64,000 nucleotides of DNA from Callorhinchus milii. Lineage: Eukaryota. Below are positions 12,566-24,274 of this stretch, one piece after another (position 1 is the first letter of the stretch; each line of letters opens with the position of its first letter). Both the position numbers and the translations under genes were made by a program. The stretch is from the NCBI RefSeq assembly GCF_018977255.1, contig NW_024704743.1:67520001-67584000 (forward strand). Direction: 5' to 3'. A model generated the notes under the pieces. The model worked only from the letters and a program-made list of their open reading frames with translations. It was not told the DNA's origin and ran no database searches.

Positions 12566-14814
12566 GAGGGTTGTGTAAACACATCTGAGCTATTCCAACG
12601 TGTAACCATTGTGACAAGGTTACTGTGAGTACATAAGTCCAAAAAAGACCAGAAAGCAATATACAGCCTGCAAGGCAGGTTTTGCCAAGATTCAGGATTG
12701 GGAATTATTTTCCTGGGATTTCTTTTCCACTGTTTCTGACACTGAATTTGCTTGTGAACTGTGTCATTTTAGCTGCAAACTGAAAATCAGAATTAACACA
12801 GGGTTATCCAGTTTATGAATGCTGCAATTTCAATCCCAATATGCTATTGGAATTTTCAAATATTAAGGAATGGACTGTAGATTCATTTAATGTATTCAAA
12901 AAGAGTTCATGTACCCAGTTCAACACACAGATTTATATACATGTGATGCCAAGGCAAGAGAGATGAAGGAATAATAAAAATCCTTACATTTTGATACAGT
13001 GCCATTCACGTCAGGAGGACGTCTCAATGTGTTTCCCAGAATTTACTCTACGAGTGTATTTTGTAGACAAACTTGGCAGCTAATTCCTGTAGAGCATATT
13101 CCCACAAACAACCACAATGTAAATGACCAATTGTATCTGGGGGATTGTTGGCAGACAACCAGGAGAAACTCTCACCCCTTTTTATCTAGTGTCATGGGAT
13201 CTTTAATGTCCACCTGGACAGGCAGGTGGAACTTTGGCTTAACATTGCATCCATAGAATGGCACCTCCAACAATACAGCACATCTCCAGCACTGCATCGG
13301 AGAGTCAGCATAGGCTTTATAAGTTCCAATATGTAAAAACAGTATTTGCAGACCCCAAACCAACAGTTAATTGACAAGGCCTGAATAGGCTGAATTAATT
13401 TGCTTGTTGTCAATTTACTGTTTTACAAGTAAAACAGAACTTTAATAAGTTCTTTAAATATTAAACAAGTCTGATTTAAGAACTGTGAAACAGATTTGGA
13501 TTCCTTTCATCTAAAACTAAACTAAGTACCTCAAAAATGCAGATTGGAATGTACAACTGAGGTTTGCAAAATGATTAATAAATTAAGTAAAACTAGTGCA
13601 TTGCATGCCCCTAGGGAAGATGTCCCTTTTTCTTTCAACTGTTGAGTACTTCTTTAATTTGTTGTTTGATGTGTGATCAATCGGTTACTCAGATGTTCCC
13701 AGCTTTTCTGGCAATCTTAACAGTGCTCTAGTAACCATGACCAACAAAGTACATGATCGACTCAGTAAAGAACTGTTTCAATTTGATCTTCATTCCCCAT
13801 AAAGTCAAGCAAATATTAATTGGCTAAAATGTAGACCATTCACATGGCAAAGAGGGTAAAATTGGAGACTGTTACTCAGATCCTGGGCTAGTTTGAGGTT
13901 GGTGCTCTGTAAGATCGAATATTAGCATCACATGTGAAGATAACTGAAGCACCCCTAAAACACAATATAGCTGGCATTTATATAGGACATTTTGTGTCGG
14001 GAGGACATCTCAAAGTGTCTCTATGTTTCTCTTTTAGGTGTTCATCAACTTGCTGGGAATTTGCAGTACTAGGGAGAAAAATGTGACATTTCAAACCAGA
14101 TTTGTTCACTGAATCTTTAAGAAACGATGGAACTTTAGTTTTATAGACTGGGTTTGAATGCCCTGTAACTGCAAATAATGTTTTTTTTGTAAGCGCAGAG
14201 ACAGCATCTAAATGTTCTTCACAGGACACTGGATGAGTTAAATTTACCTTAAATACTCAAGTACGCTGCAGGAATCGGCTGTGCAGCAAATGAGTAGTTG
14301 GTATAAATTGGTTAATTTTGTTCAAGATACCATTGCAAAGGCTAGTGAGCAAAACTGTGCAAAGGCTTGTAATTAACTGAACCAAATAGCCTTTGTCCTG
14401 GAAATATGGAAAGGTTACAGAGAGGTCACTTGTGGCACTGATCAGATAGGAGATAAGTTATATAACATCAGCCAAATGGAGGAGCTGACATGAGGATTGT
14501 TGGCCCAGACAACAGCAGAAATTCCCTTTTCTTTTTGAATAGTGCCATGAGACCTTTAATATCCACTGAACTGGCCCCGCCAACAATGTAGCATTCCTCC
14601 ATCATTGCAGTGGAATGTCAGCCTAGAGTATATGAACTCCAAGTCTTAATGTTGGGCTTGAACCCAGAACTTTCTAACTGAGCCAGGCTGACATATAAAT
14701 CGACCTGAGCTAGGTAGGGCATTGGGTGAAATTGGCCCAACCCTAAACATTCGCAGGCTCCTACTCGAACGTATCATAATATTTAATACATTCCAAAATG
14801 GACAAAAACTGAAA

Positions 14815-15170
14815 CTTTTAAGTTTCCTCTTAAATGTGTTGATACTTTCTGCTTCAACCACAGCTTCTAGCAATGAGTTCCACATTCTCATCACTCTCTA
14901 GGTAAAGAAGTTCCTTTTAAACTCCATTTTAAATCTACTACTGGCTACCTTACATTTACGCTGCTTTATTTTGGATTCAACAACAAGTGGAGTCTAATAC
15001 TGTTCATCTTATTGAACCCTTTCATAATTTTATACACCTCTATCAGGTCCCCTCTCAATCTTCTCATCTCCAGTCTTTCTCAGGCTGTGTTCACTCATCC
15101 ATGATAACATTCTAATACATCTACACTGCACTCTCTCCAAAGCAACAATAACCTTCCTGTGATATGGCGA
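14815..15170 (-). mobile_element. CR1 fragment
   Basis: MWNSLLEAVVEAESINTFKRKL and RGDLIEVYKI-type sequence. Confidence 0.8.
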
Positions 15171-16009
15171 CATGACGTGTAACTAGAAGGGGATTGAGGG
15201 ATATGGTGAGAAAGCAGGTAACCAAGGTTGAGAAATGATCAAAAAAGGGGCAGGCACTTTGGATCCGTACTAAAAAGACTTAAGTACTATCTGTCCAGTT
15301 TTTGTTCAATAACAAAACACAAAGGATTCGTAAAGGACTCGCAAAATGCTAGATCTCACAAGGCTTCAGTGTAGCGCATTTTCACTTTCTACCCAGGATT
15401 TGTAATAAAGAAAGTGCACACAGCAGGTACTTAATGAGCAAAAATGAGCAAAAATCATTAGCAAAACACTGTGCCACACAATTTTGGTAAGCTTTTCAAA
15501 CAAGGGGACTACTTAAGTCAATTCCACTACATGTGCAATGTTCATACAGTTTTATTTTCTTTTCCTGTGTAAATTGGGCTTGTGGATTCAGGAAGGCATT
15601 CAACCGGAGCAGCAGGAGGTTAATTATTTACTTCAGCGAGTATATAATCTCAAGAGCATGCTACATGAGCTCATATATATGTGTGGGCATTGTGCAGTTT
15701 TAAAAAAATCAGGATAAATATTTTTCAAGTGTAATTGAGATTCGCGGGTTAGAAGAGCGTTAGATTCCATTAGACTTAAATGGAATCCATGTGCACAGCA
15801 CTCCTTTTGAACAAGATCCCTCCAAATCTCCAGAACAACATTTATTAATGCTACACAGCGCATCCAGTATGTTTGAGCAAGCCTTGCAGCGACTCCTCAG
15901 AGATGTATTGATGGTACCAAGAATATTTCAAGTTGTGCTCACAAGATCGTAGCCAGTTTGAATGCATGTCCACACACAGTAAACCCCCACGCAAACAAAA
16001 TGGACTTAC

Positions 16010-16210
16010 CTGGAGTATTCAACAACCTTGACATCCTGCAGGTGTAGGATACATATTGTTCACAGTACTCAGCACTGCTGGTGACTGCAGAGATCTGATC
16101 CAGGGAAGTGCTGTAATTCAGTTTCATGACAGCGGGTTTCTCCAGGCTGGAACCAGTAATTGCTGTCTGTTGCAGCATATTGTGGTACACAGTTGTCCAG
16201 ACATTATCCT
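16010..16210 (-). CDS. CNTNAP2: CNTNAP2 internal exon (fibrinogen-like domain; human exon 13 equivalent)
   Basis: Minus strand reads ttcttctttcattAG|AG GAT AAT GTC TGG...AAT ACT CCA G|GTaagt, giving (E)[66 protein letters not shown]. 201 bp, phase 1/1. [25 protein letters not shown] matches Caspr2. Confidence 0.95.
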
Positions 16211-17000
16211 CTAATGAAAGAAGAAACAGAAGTAGAAGTGTCAAGTGTTAGTTATCGCTTTGCGGAAAATACAAAGAGAACATTTACAGGCTCTTTTCTG
16301 GGTATTGTAGTTGTATCATACTTTGCAATTTGAACTTGACAAGTCTAACTGTTCAGCAAAAATATCTTATATATCAGCACGTGAAGCTGAGAAAAAGTGT
16401 GAACATGTTGACAAAATAACAGAAAGGAAAATGCCACCTTGCACAATAACCTTCCAGTTTGGAATTTTTTAACTTAATCTCGGAATTAAATTTCACAAAT
16501 TAGTTTGCAAATCCAATATTGGCAGTAATGCAAGTTTGTGAATAGTGTAATTTCTCCACTATTTAAACAATGGTAGTGGCAACCGGGACACAAATAAATT
16601 ATCCTTGCATTTGCTACAGTGCTTTATTACATCAGTGAATCACCTCAAAGAGATTCACAGAAGTGTAATTACTGTGGCTTGGTGGGCCAAATTTTATCTG
16701 GAGGCAACAGGAGATCGGACTCAGATTAAGGTCTCAACAGACTCAAGCCAGGAAAAACAGTCATTGCATATGAGTAGTTGTCTCTGGAGAAAAGCTTAGC
16801 TTTGAAAACACAGTATAATTGGAATCACAAAGGTCTGCAGCATAAAAAGTGCATTAATAATAATAATCATAATAATAATAGTGGAATTTGATATAGCACC
16901 TTATGTCTTTGAAATGTCTTGAAGTGCTTCATAGAATATACTGTAAATATACTGAATTCATTGTATATTTTGCGGGCGATATGCAGCAGCCAAACAGTGC

Positions 17001-17817
17001 CAACAACAACTTATATAGCGCCCCTCAGGCAGGGTAGTATTCCAGAGTGCTTGACAGTGGCGGAGCACGACGCTGAGCCGGAGGGAGGTGGGAGGTGATT
17101 TTAGGCGCAGTCGAATAGGAAGGTCTTCAGGCACAATCTGAAGATGGGGAAGGAAGGAGCAAGGCTTATAGAGATAGGAAGAGTGTTCCAAAGTTTTGGG
17201 GAATAGTGGCTGAAAGCACGGTCAAAGGTGGTGAAATGGAGGGCACTAGGGACATGCAGAAAACCGGAGCCAGTTGAGCTGGATTTTGTGGCTGGTGGGG
17301 AAACCGGCATTGGGGGCATTTGAATAATTGAGTTAAGAGGTGATGAACGCATGGATGAATGTTTTGCTTGCATCTGTGGTAAGGTACGGTCGAAGGCGGG
17401 CAATATGGTAGAGGTGGAGAAAAGCAATCCTGGTCAGGGACCAGAGGTGGGGAAGGAAGGACAGCTGTGGGTCGAACCTGATGCCTAGGTTGCGCACTGG
17501 TTCAGTGAGTCTGAGAGATTGGCTGGGGAGATTGATCAAGTCTGAGCCGCAGGGCAAAAGGTGTTAATGGGAGCCAATGAGTATGGCTTCTGTCTTGTCG
17601 ACCTTAATTTATCGAAGTTTGTACTCATCCAGGCCCTGATATCCACCAGACAAGCCAAGAAAACATCGGCAGACCTGGAGTCACAGCAGGAGGAGAAGTA
17701 GATGTGTGTGTCATCCACATATATGTGGATGTTTACCCATGTCTGCTGATGACATTGCCAAGAGGGAGAATATAAATGAGGAAGAGGAGGGGGCCAAGGA
17801 TGGAACCCTGGCGTACA
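17001..17817 (-). mobile_element. L2 fragment inserted into an older SINE
   Basis: Minus-strand YVDDT, VRNLGIRFD and IHAFITS; (CAA)n tail on + strand. SINE halves lie at ~16855-16997 and ~17818-18058. Confidence 0.85.
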
Positions 17818-20800
17818 TCCCACAAACAGTCATGGATTGAGTGACCAAATTATTATTTTTTTTAGTTTATTTTTTAAGAGATTTTTACCCCCAGAAATGT
17901 GATCCACCAATCAACTAATAACCAGTTCCTACTTACTGCTAGGTAAACAGAAGCATGTGGAGTAAGGATACTTGCCTGACATTTCGCCCTGCCGGGGAAT
18001 CAAACTTAGGTCCTCTTGCATGCAAGGAAAGTGCTCTAACCAATAAGTCACAGGATTCCACAATTAAACCTCACCATAGGGTTTGGGTGCTATCATTAAA
18101 ATTAGTCACTCACTCCATAACTGTTGACCAAAAAAAAATGCGGTACTAATTTACACAAGTCAGAAATTCCTACATTCAACTCCATTTTTTCAATATAAAA
18201 AAATTAGATTTCTTCTTCTTTCTCTTTAACTTCTAATCTCCCTGAATAACTGACTGAAAAGAGCAATGTGCAGCCATCAACAAAATGAACACTCATCCAG
18301 AAAATACAAAGAATTGAATCTCTCCAGTGAAAAACTCAGTGACCCCTGGAGAAGTCCATAATGGACAACAAATTCATGAAAACTGCTCAAAACACAAAAT
18401 GCTTAATAAATGCACAGTCACCACACCTTGCAGTATATCCTGTGCAGAGCTTTGAGACCTCCTCCTGACATGAAAGGCATTATATTAAATGAAAGGATTA
18501 TTACTGTTGAATAATTGGTATTAAGGCTGTAACTCATAATCGGATGAGGGAACTCTCACATGAGAGCTGTATAAGCTCAAAACTCAGTGTCCTCCTATTG
18601 TAAATGGATGGTTGAAGACAAAGCTGAAATAAAAACCAATACGGACAAAAACAGACTGCATTATAAGCAGTCTTTGAGGGCAGGCTCAAAACATCTCATT
18701 GGTCTAAAATACGCAGTCAATCCACTTTACAGTACATCAGGTAAAGCACTTTGGGATGTCTGGACAATGTGATAAGGCGCTATATCAAATGCAGAGGATT
18801 ATTATTATTAACTAAAAATTCTCATGGGTAGGTCTAGAGTACATTGTTCAGAAGATAGATGAATTCATTCATAGGTTTGTGCAACTCTGCAGAAAACTCA
18901 GTCAATGGCTGGCATCTGCACAGCCCAGGGTCTAGAGGGAACTAATGGAAGCAATTCAAGAGAGTTGACACTAGTCAGATGTTATGTTGGGATGGCAGTC
19001 CAGAGACACAAATAAGAATAGATTCAGTAAATCCTCTTTTCCTTTGGAGGAAATAAAGCTTGAAATGAACTGCCTATAGCTTTACTGTCAGCAGGCTGAG
19101 AATCAGTGAAGGAATTCTTAATCACCAGCACCACAAATATCCCTCCACACGGTCACCGCAGCACATTGCATTATCCAGAACAAGTACATTGCCCAAACCT
19201 GAAAGACTGTGCAATCCTCGTCCATGTGACTAATTTAGGATCAACAAGAAATCGCTCCTCATGTTCTCATTTTCATTCTTCAAAACTTTCCTGAGCTCAG
19301 GGCTGCACATTCATTAATCCCATTTTAACATATTTTTTTTGCCACATTTTGATTCCCAAATGTCAAATTTTAAAGGTTTTGTTTATTCTGCTGTAGGGTC
19401 TGGCTACAACCCACATATCAGTCCTACAACATGCTCTCAGTGGGATTGTATCAGATATTACTTGTCAAAAAGATGAAATTAATTGAAAGTTTTTTTTAAA
19501 AAAAAACATGTAGTGTCAGCAAATCACTGAACCATCTATTAAAAAGCATAAGTTACTATTCGCTTTATAGATGTATTATTTTCAAAGTATATTTTGGTTA
19601 CAGAAAATAAGTACATAATAAGGACAATAATAAAATTGAATTATCCTTTGATATAGCACTCAGAATATCAAAAGCATCCAAAGATTCAAAGCACTTCACA
19701 GATAATTGATGTGAATTGTGTATTTGTTAGCGAACACAATACCCATTTTGCACACACCAAAGTCCCACAATAGCCATGAAGTGTTTGACTAATTTTATCA
19801 ATTTATTTGAATTGTTGTCCAAGACAATGGGAGAAACACTCTTCAGTTTTCAAATAGTGTCCTGGGATCTTTAACGTCCATCTGAACCGACACATGTCTG
19901 AATTGTTCTGAGACTTGGCTACAGATTCTTCACTTTCATCTAAGCGACAAAATGTCTTTAGACAGTCGTAATCTATTTCCTGGGATTATATTTCCATCGA
20001 ACAAAAGTTATCAAATCAGCTGAGGACAGAAGGAAGTGATCTTTCCCTGCTCTCTCAATCCCTTCAGTATTCCTTGATATTTATTTTCTTTTTAGGGTCT
20101 GCTCCTGTCTGAATATTTTGCTCCCTAATTGTTCCAGAATTTGGCATTTGGTAGAATTCAGTCTTAATTTGGAGGCAGTTTTTTGTAGTTCTTGAAACAA
20201 ACCAACTTGAAAAAAAGATTGCCAAATTCTGGTCCCTTTGAAATAATAATCCTTTCATTTGATATTATGCCTTTCAATTCAGGAGGACATCTCAAATTGC
20301 TTCAAGGATATACTGTAAAGGGAAGTGACTGTATGTTTTGTGGGTAAAATGTTACGGAACTAGAGTAAATCTAGACCTGGGGTGGGGGGATTTTTGTTCC
20401 CACAAATGTTTCCAGGTCAGGTCGAGCACAGCCAGATGCAGAGTAAAACCTTCTCTAATCTAGCCCAATGTGTCATAACACAGAGTTACAAAGAACTCCC
20501 TTCTGTACTGTGGAGAGATTTTTTTTACTATTTGCCATGCCAGCTATTCTTAGAGTGTCTCTGAGCGAGGTACAGAAATCAATGTCAATTCATGTCAAAT
20601 ATGAGTANTTTTTTTCCTGTGGCGTCACACTGACTTGAATCTGGGATCAGACAGCACCAAAAGTATCAGTTAGGTCTCCCATGCCTCCATTGAGAGAGGA
20701 AAATTTCACCTCATTAATAACTTATAATGGACAATGTGCCACGTAATCCCCTGCAATATGGTTTCCTTTTTCTCCACATAACTGTGCCTCCGTAACTAAC

Positions 20801-20938
20801 CATTGTAACCATCTGCATTCCCTGTACTGAGACAATTCCCCAAACAGTATTCTTGACTGAGCAGCTTACAATAGGGAAGGTGTTTTCATTTTCTACCTGA
20901 GAAATATTCATCACTTCTGATTTTCAAGCCCTATATGA

Positions 20939-21255
20939 AGTCCTGTAGCTCAGTGGTTAGAGCACTCGCTTTGCAAGTGAGAGACCTGAGTTCAATTCCA
21001 GGCAGAGGGCGAAACCTTGGGCAAGTTTCCTTACTCCACACAGAGCCTAATAATAATCCCTCCAAAACAATAATAAATTGGTCATTCTCAATCTACGACT
21101 GTTTGTGGGACATTGCTGTGCGCAATTGGCTGCCGCGTTCGCCCACAAATATACAGTCAATTCACTTTACAGTGTGTTCTGTGAAGCGCTTTGGGACGTC
21201 CTCCCGACGTGAAAAGCGCTATATCAAATGCAAGGATTATTATTATTATTATTAT
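20939..21255 (+). mobile_element. Young tRNA-derived SINE, full length, inserted in an older Deu-type SINE
   Basis: Nearly identical to the copies at 37473 and 55008; TSD TATATGA (20932-20938 and 21256-21262). Confidence 0.95.
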
Positions 21256-23140
21256 TATATGAGGTGTTGAGCCCACAGTCCAGGCTGAATTCTAATGCTG
21301 TGCTGGAGAAGCGTAACATTATCAGAATTGGCGCGCTTTGGATGAGGCATTAAACTGAGGTCCTATCTTTCAGATCCTCATGTCATCTCTGATACTCTTG
21401 CGACACTATTCAGAAAGAAAAGAGTTTCTCTCCAGGTCCTGGACTGAGGAACAAATGGACAAAATGAAAGATTCCCCTGGCCTTTTGCAAGCTCTGGTTT
21501 GGTGGGTGATAGTAATCTCTACTTTAACTTCAGGAGCCCTGAAAATAGCTCTAAGAGAATCAGATTGTGTTTACTTGAATACAATAACAATAATAAGGGC
21601 AAATCGGGACACTTTCAAGATCAAATTCATCCCCAGTTAAGAATTTGATAGAACTGGGAGCTCACTATTTTTTTCCTTGTTATTTGTCACACAGGAGTTC
21701 CTGGGTTCAGCCAGTGTAGGCATCAAGCAGAAGTCAAATGGTCTCCCACAGGAGAAGTCGGAAAATGGGAAATAAGGCCAAAGCCATTCATCTCTGGCTG
21801 CCTGGGAATAGCACAAGGCTCAAAGTGAGGAATATGGAGAGAAAAATAATATATTTTAAATTCCTGTAAAACATAATATAAAATTGTATCTGTTATCGTG
21901 TGGAGATGTGTACCAGTGCAGACATTCCATGTGTAGGCTGCTTGCGGTAATGGTCACTATTTCAATTATTGCTTTTTGAAATGGGATTCAAAACAGCCAT
22001 TTCCCTGAAACTTACAACTTGACACTTTCGGTTTCCAAGTAATAAAAAAAAGTCTGAAGATGTAATCAGGAAAAGCAAAAGGACCTGCGTGTCAGGGGAG
22101 GCAGCCAGCTTCACAGAACAATCAACGCAGAAATGCTTTACAGCTTCAGGAGCTCTTTAACCTTCTTCTCACAGATGAAAAGCTAGCTTTCCCTTTCAAA
22201 GCAATGCCTTCTCCTATACAACATACCATCAATGAAGCTGAAGCTGGTACCTTTTGGGGAAAAAACAGGAATGCCTACAAGTACAGTCGCTATACTTCAA
22301 GGTAAATCCTGTGAAGTGCTTTGACACGTTTTGTCAAGGTTTTACATCAAAAGCAAGGATTATTATTATTAGTACTATCATTAAGACAAAATATTAATCA
22401 GAAGTTAATACAAATCTGACGAACCATAATACTCCATTTATAATAACAATCCTTTCAGGTCAGGAGGCCACCTATTTCTCATCTTACTTTTCCAGAAGAA
22501 GCCTTTATAACTTCAGAATAAAAAAAATGGGAATAGGAATTACCTAAGATTTTTTTTATATACGTAAAATGGTGATAGGCATGCAGAACAAACTAGCACA
22601 AGAGATGAAATAAGAAAATACTAGAGAAGTTCTTGTCAACCAAATATGATTCAGCATTAGATTAAGAGATAGATGCACTGAAGGAATCTTGTGGGAAATT
22701 GAATTGCTCGGCTCGACGGAATGATGGTCTGCCCCTGCCTGAAATTATTACCATGTGACACGAAAATATCACATTGTTCAGGTTTTATTTGTGGCAGCCA
22801 TAAGTTATTAGGTCTTCTGTCTTCACATATTTTACAAATGTCAGGAAATACTAAAACAATATTCTGAGATTTGTTTACAGATGTCAGTATATCTTTGAAT
22901 GTCGCAAGTCCAAATCAATAAAACATCCACTCCATATAAATGGACTACAACAATACATCTCATTCCACAAATAGACTTAAACAACAGCAAACTCTTGCAC
23001 TTTTACTCTGCCTTACATGCAGGTTGAATATCTTTAAGTTCTTCACAAGGAAGCTGGGGAGCACTGAGCAGGGAACAGAGGAAAGATGATTTGTGGGCAA
23101 TTTAAAGGAACTAATCTGGTTGATGATGAAGCTATCAATG

Positions 23141-23265
23141 AGTAGGCCTGGCTCTGTGGAAGCAATCTTGCCTTGGAGTCAGAAGATTGTGGGTTCAAGC
23201 CCCACGTCAGGACATAGAATTCACCTAGTCTATGTTAACACTCCAATGCAGCCCTGGGGGCATGC
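23141..23265 (+). mobile_element. 5' half of an old Deu-type SINE that served as the ERV integration site (3' half at ~32756-32860)
   Basis: Removing the provirus and one ATGC rejoins ...aacactccaatgcagccctgggggcATGCtacattgttgga...cctgttcagctggacattaaagatc, colinear with the other Deu-SINE copies. Confidence 0.8.
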
Positions 23266-23862
23266 TGTGGAAGGTGAATTCAGCACATTCTGCAAAGTTA
23301 GCAAATTAAGCAGGATGTGATGTTTTAAGACTAAAAGGGCAAAAGGCCAGGGGCGCCCCTGGCCTTAAGTGAAATATATGTTGTCATAAAGTCAGTCACG
23401 GATGATCGAGATTGGCATTTTCTAAGATAGATAGGCGGATGTCTGGTATCGGTACCTCATCCTGAAGTCATATCTGGAATCAGTTCTGGGGTCAGATAAT
23501 GTTCAGCAGCATTTGTCATTGTCTAACTGTCGTTTTTCCTATATGTTCCTAGTCATAAAAGACAAAGTGATTGTCTTCTAAAAACAGACACCCGGTCACG
23601 AGGCAGACCATGTCGTTAGTAACCAATTTAGAGGGTCCCCTCGTGATTATTGATTGACGCATAGTTCAATAAGATTCTGTATAAAGGTGAAGTGCTTGCT
23701 CCCATTTGGTGTGTAGTGTTGGGAGCAGCACACGAGCAGTTGTTGCCACAATACTGCACCCCACATGTGTGAAAATAAAGCTTGTTAATTGAACACCGCA
23801 CTGACTCCGTTGTTGTGCTTCAGGTCATCAAGAGCAATCGCATATCGTAATTGGGTTCGACA
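23266..23862 (+). repeat. 5' LTR (597 bp)
   Basis: TGTGGAAGG...GGTTCGACA, direct repeat of 32155-32751. CCAAT 23623-23627, TATAAA 23680-23685, AATAAA 23774-23779. Confidence 0.97.
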
Positions 23863-23865
23863 ATT

Positions 23866-23883
23866 TGGAGGTTCCACCGAGAT
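23866..23883 (+). promoter_or_regulatory. Primer-binding site complementary to tRNA-Gln
   Basis: TGGAGGTTCCACCGAGAT lies 3 nt after the 5' LTR. It is the reverse complement of ATCTCGGTGGAACCT-CCA, the 3' end of vertebrate tRNA-Gln. Confidence 0.9.
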
Positions 23884-24274
23884 CAAAAGACTGGGTTTCC
23901 CCTTCGGCTTCCTACGACTCTGCAGCTATCAGCACAAACATTGTGCACAGGTTAGCATTCTTACCATTGTTTGTGTCTGATGTGTTGATGAGACGTGGTT
24001 GCCGAAGAACTCCCGGCCTCTTCGATTTAAGGTGCAAAATTTGCGATTTGTTAGACCTAAATAATTTCAGGCGGCTTAGTACTGTAAGGTATAGACGTCT
24101 TGAGTATAAGGAATTGGCCAGAGATACTATAAGAAATAGTATATAGACGTCTTAAGTAAGATAAAGTCTTGCATGCATAAGGAATCGGCCGTTGAAAATA
24201 GAAATAGATAATTGATTGTTTTAATTTTTTTTTGATTGTGTTGGGGCAGCCACTCACTTCGTTCTTAAATTACC

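Noticed and set aside
1..16000. Search for the next CNTNAP2 exon (..WWVG....YWGG..) here, and for the preceding exon above 53741
   Set aside because: Not found by eye. They are probably outside the window, but a diverged exon could have been missed.
15939..16244. 101-aa ORF with an apparent signal peptide ([11 protein letters not shown])
   Set aside because: The hydrophobic start is the translated polypyrimidine tract; only 16010-16210 is exon.
20935..21270. Recurrent ORFs ending ...KRYIKCKDYYYY (also 37642, 55085, 56765)
   Set aside because: Translations of SINE copies and their (ATT)n tails.
23789..24146. Leader ORFs as possible accessory genes (like WDSV orf C)
   Set aside because: Non-ATG starts, overlap with LTR/PBS, and no recognisable motif.
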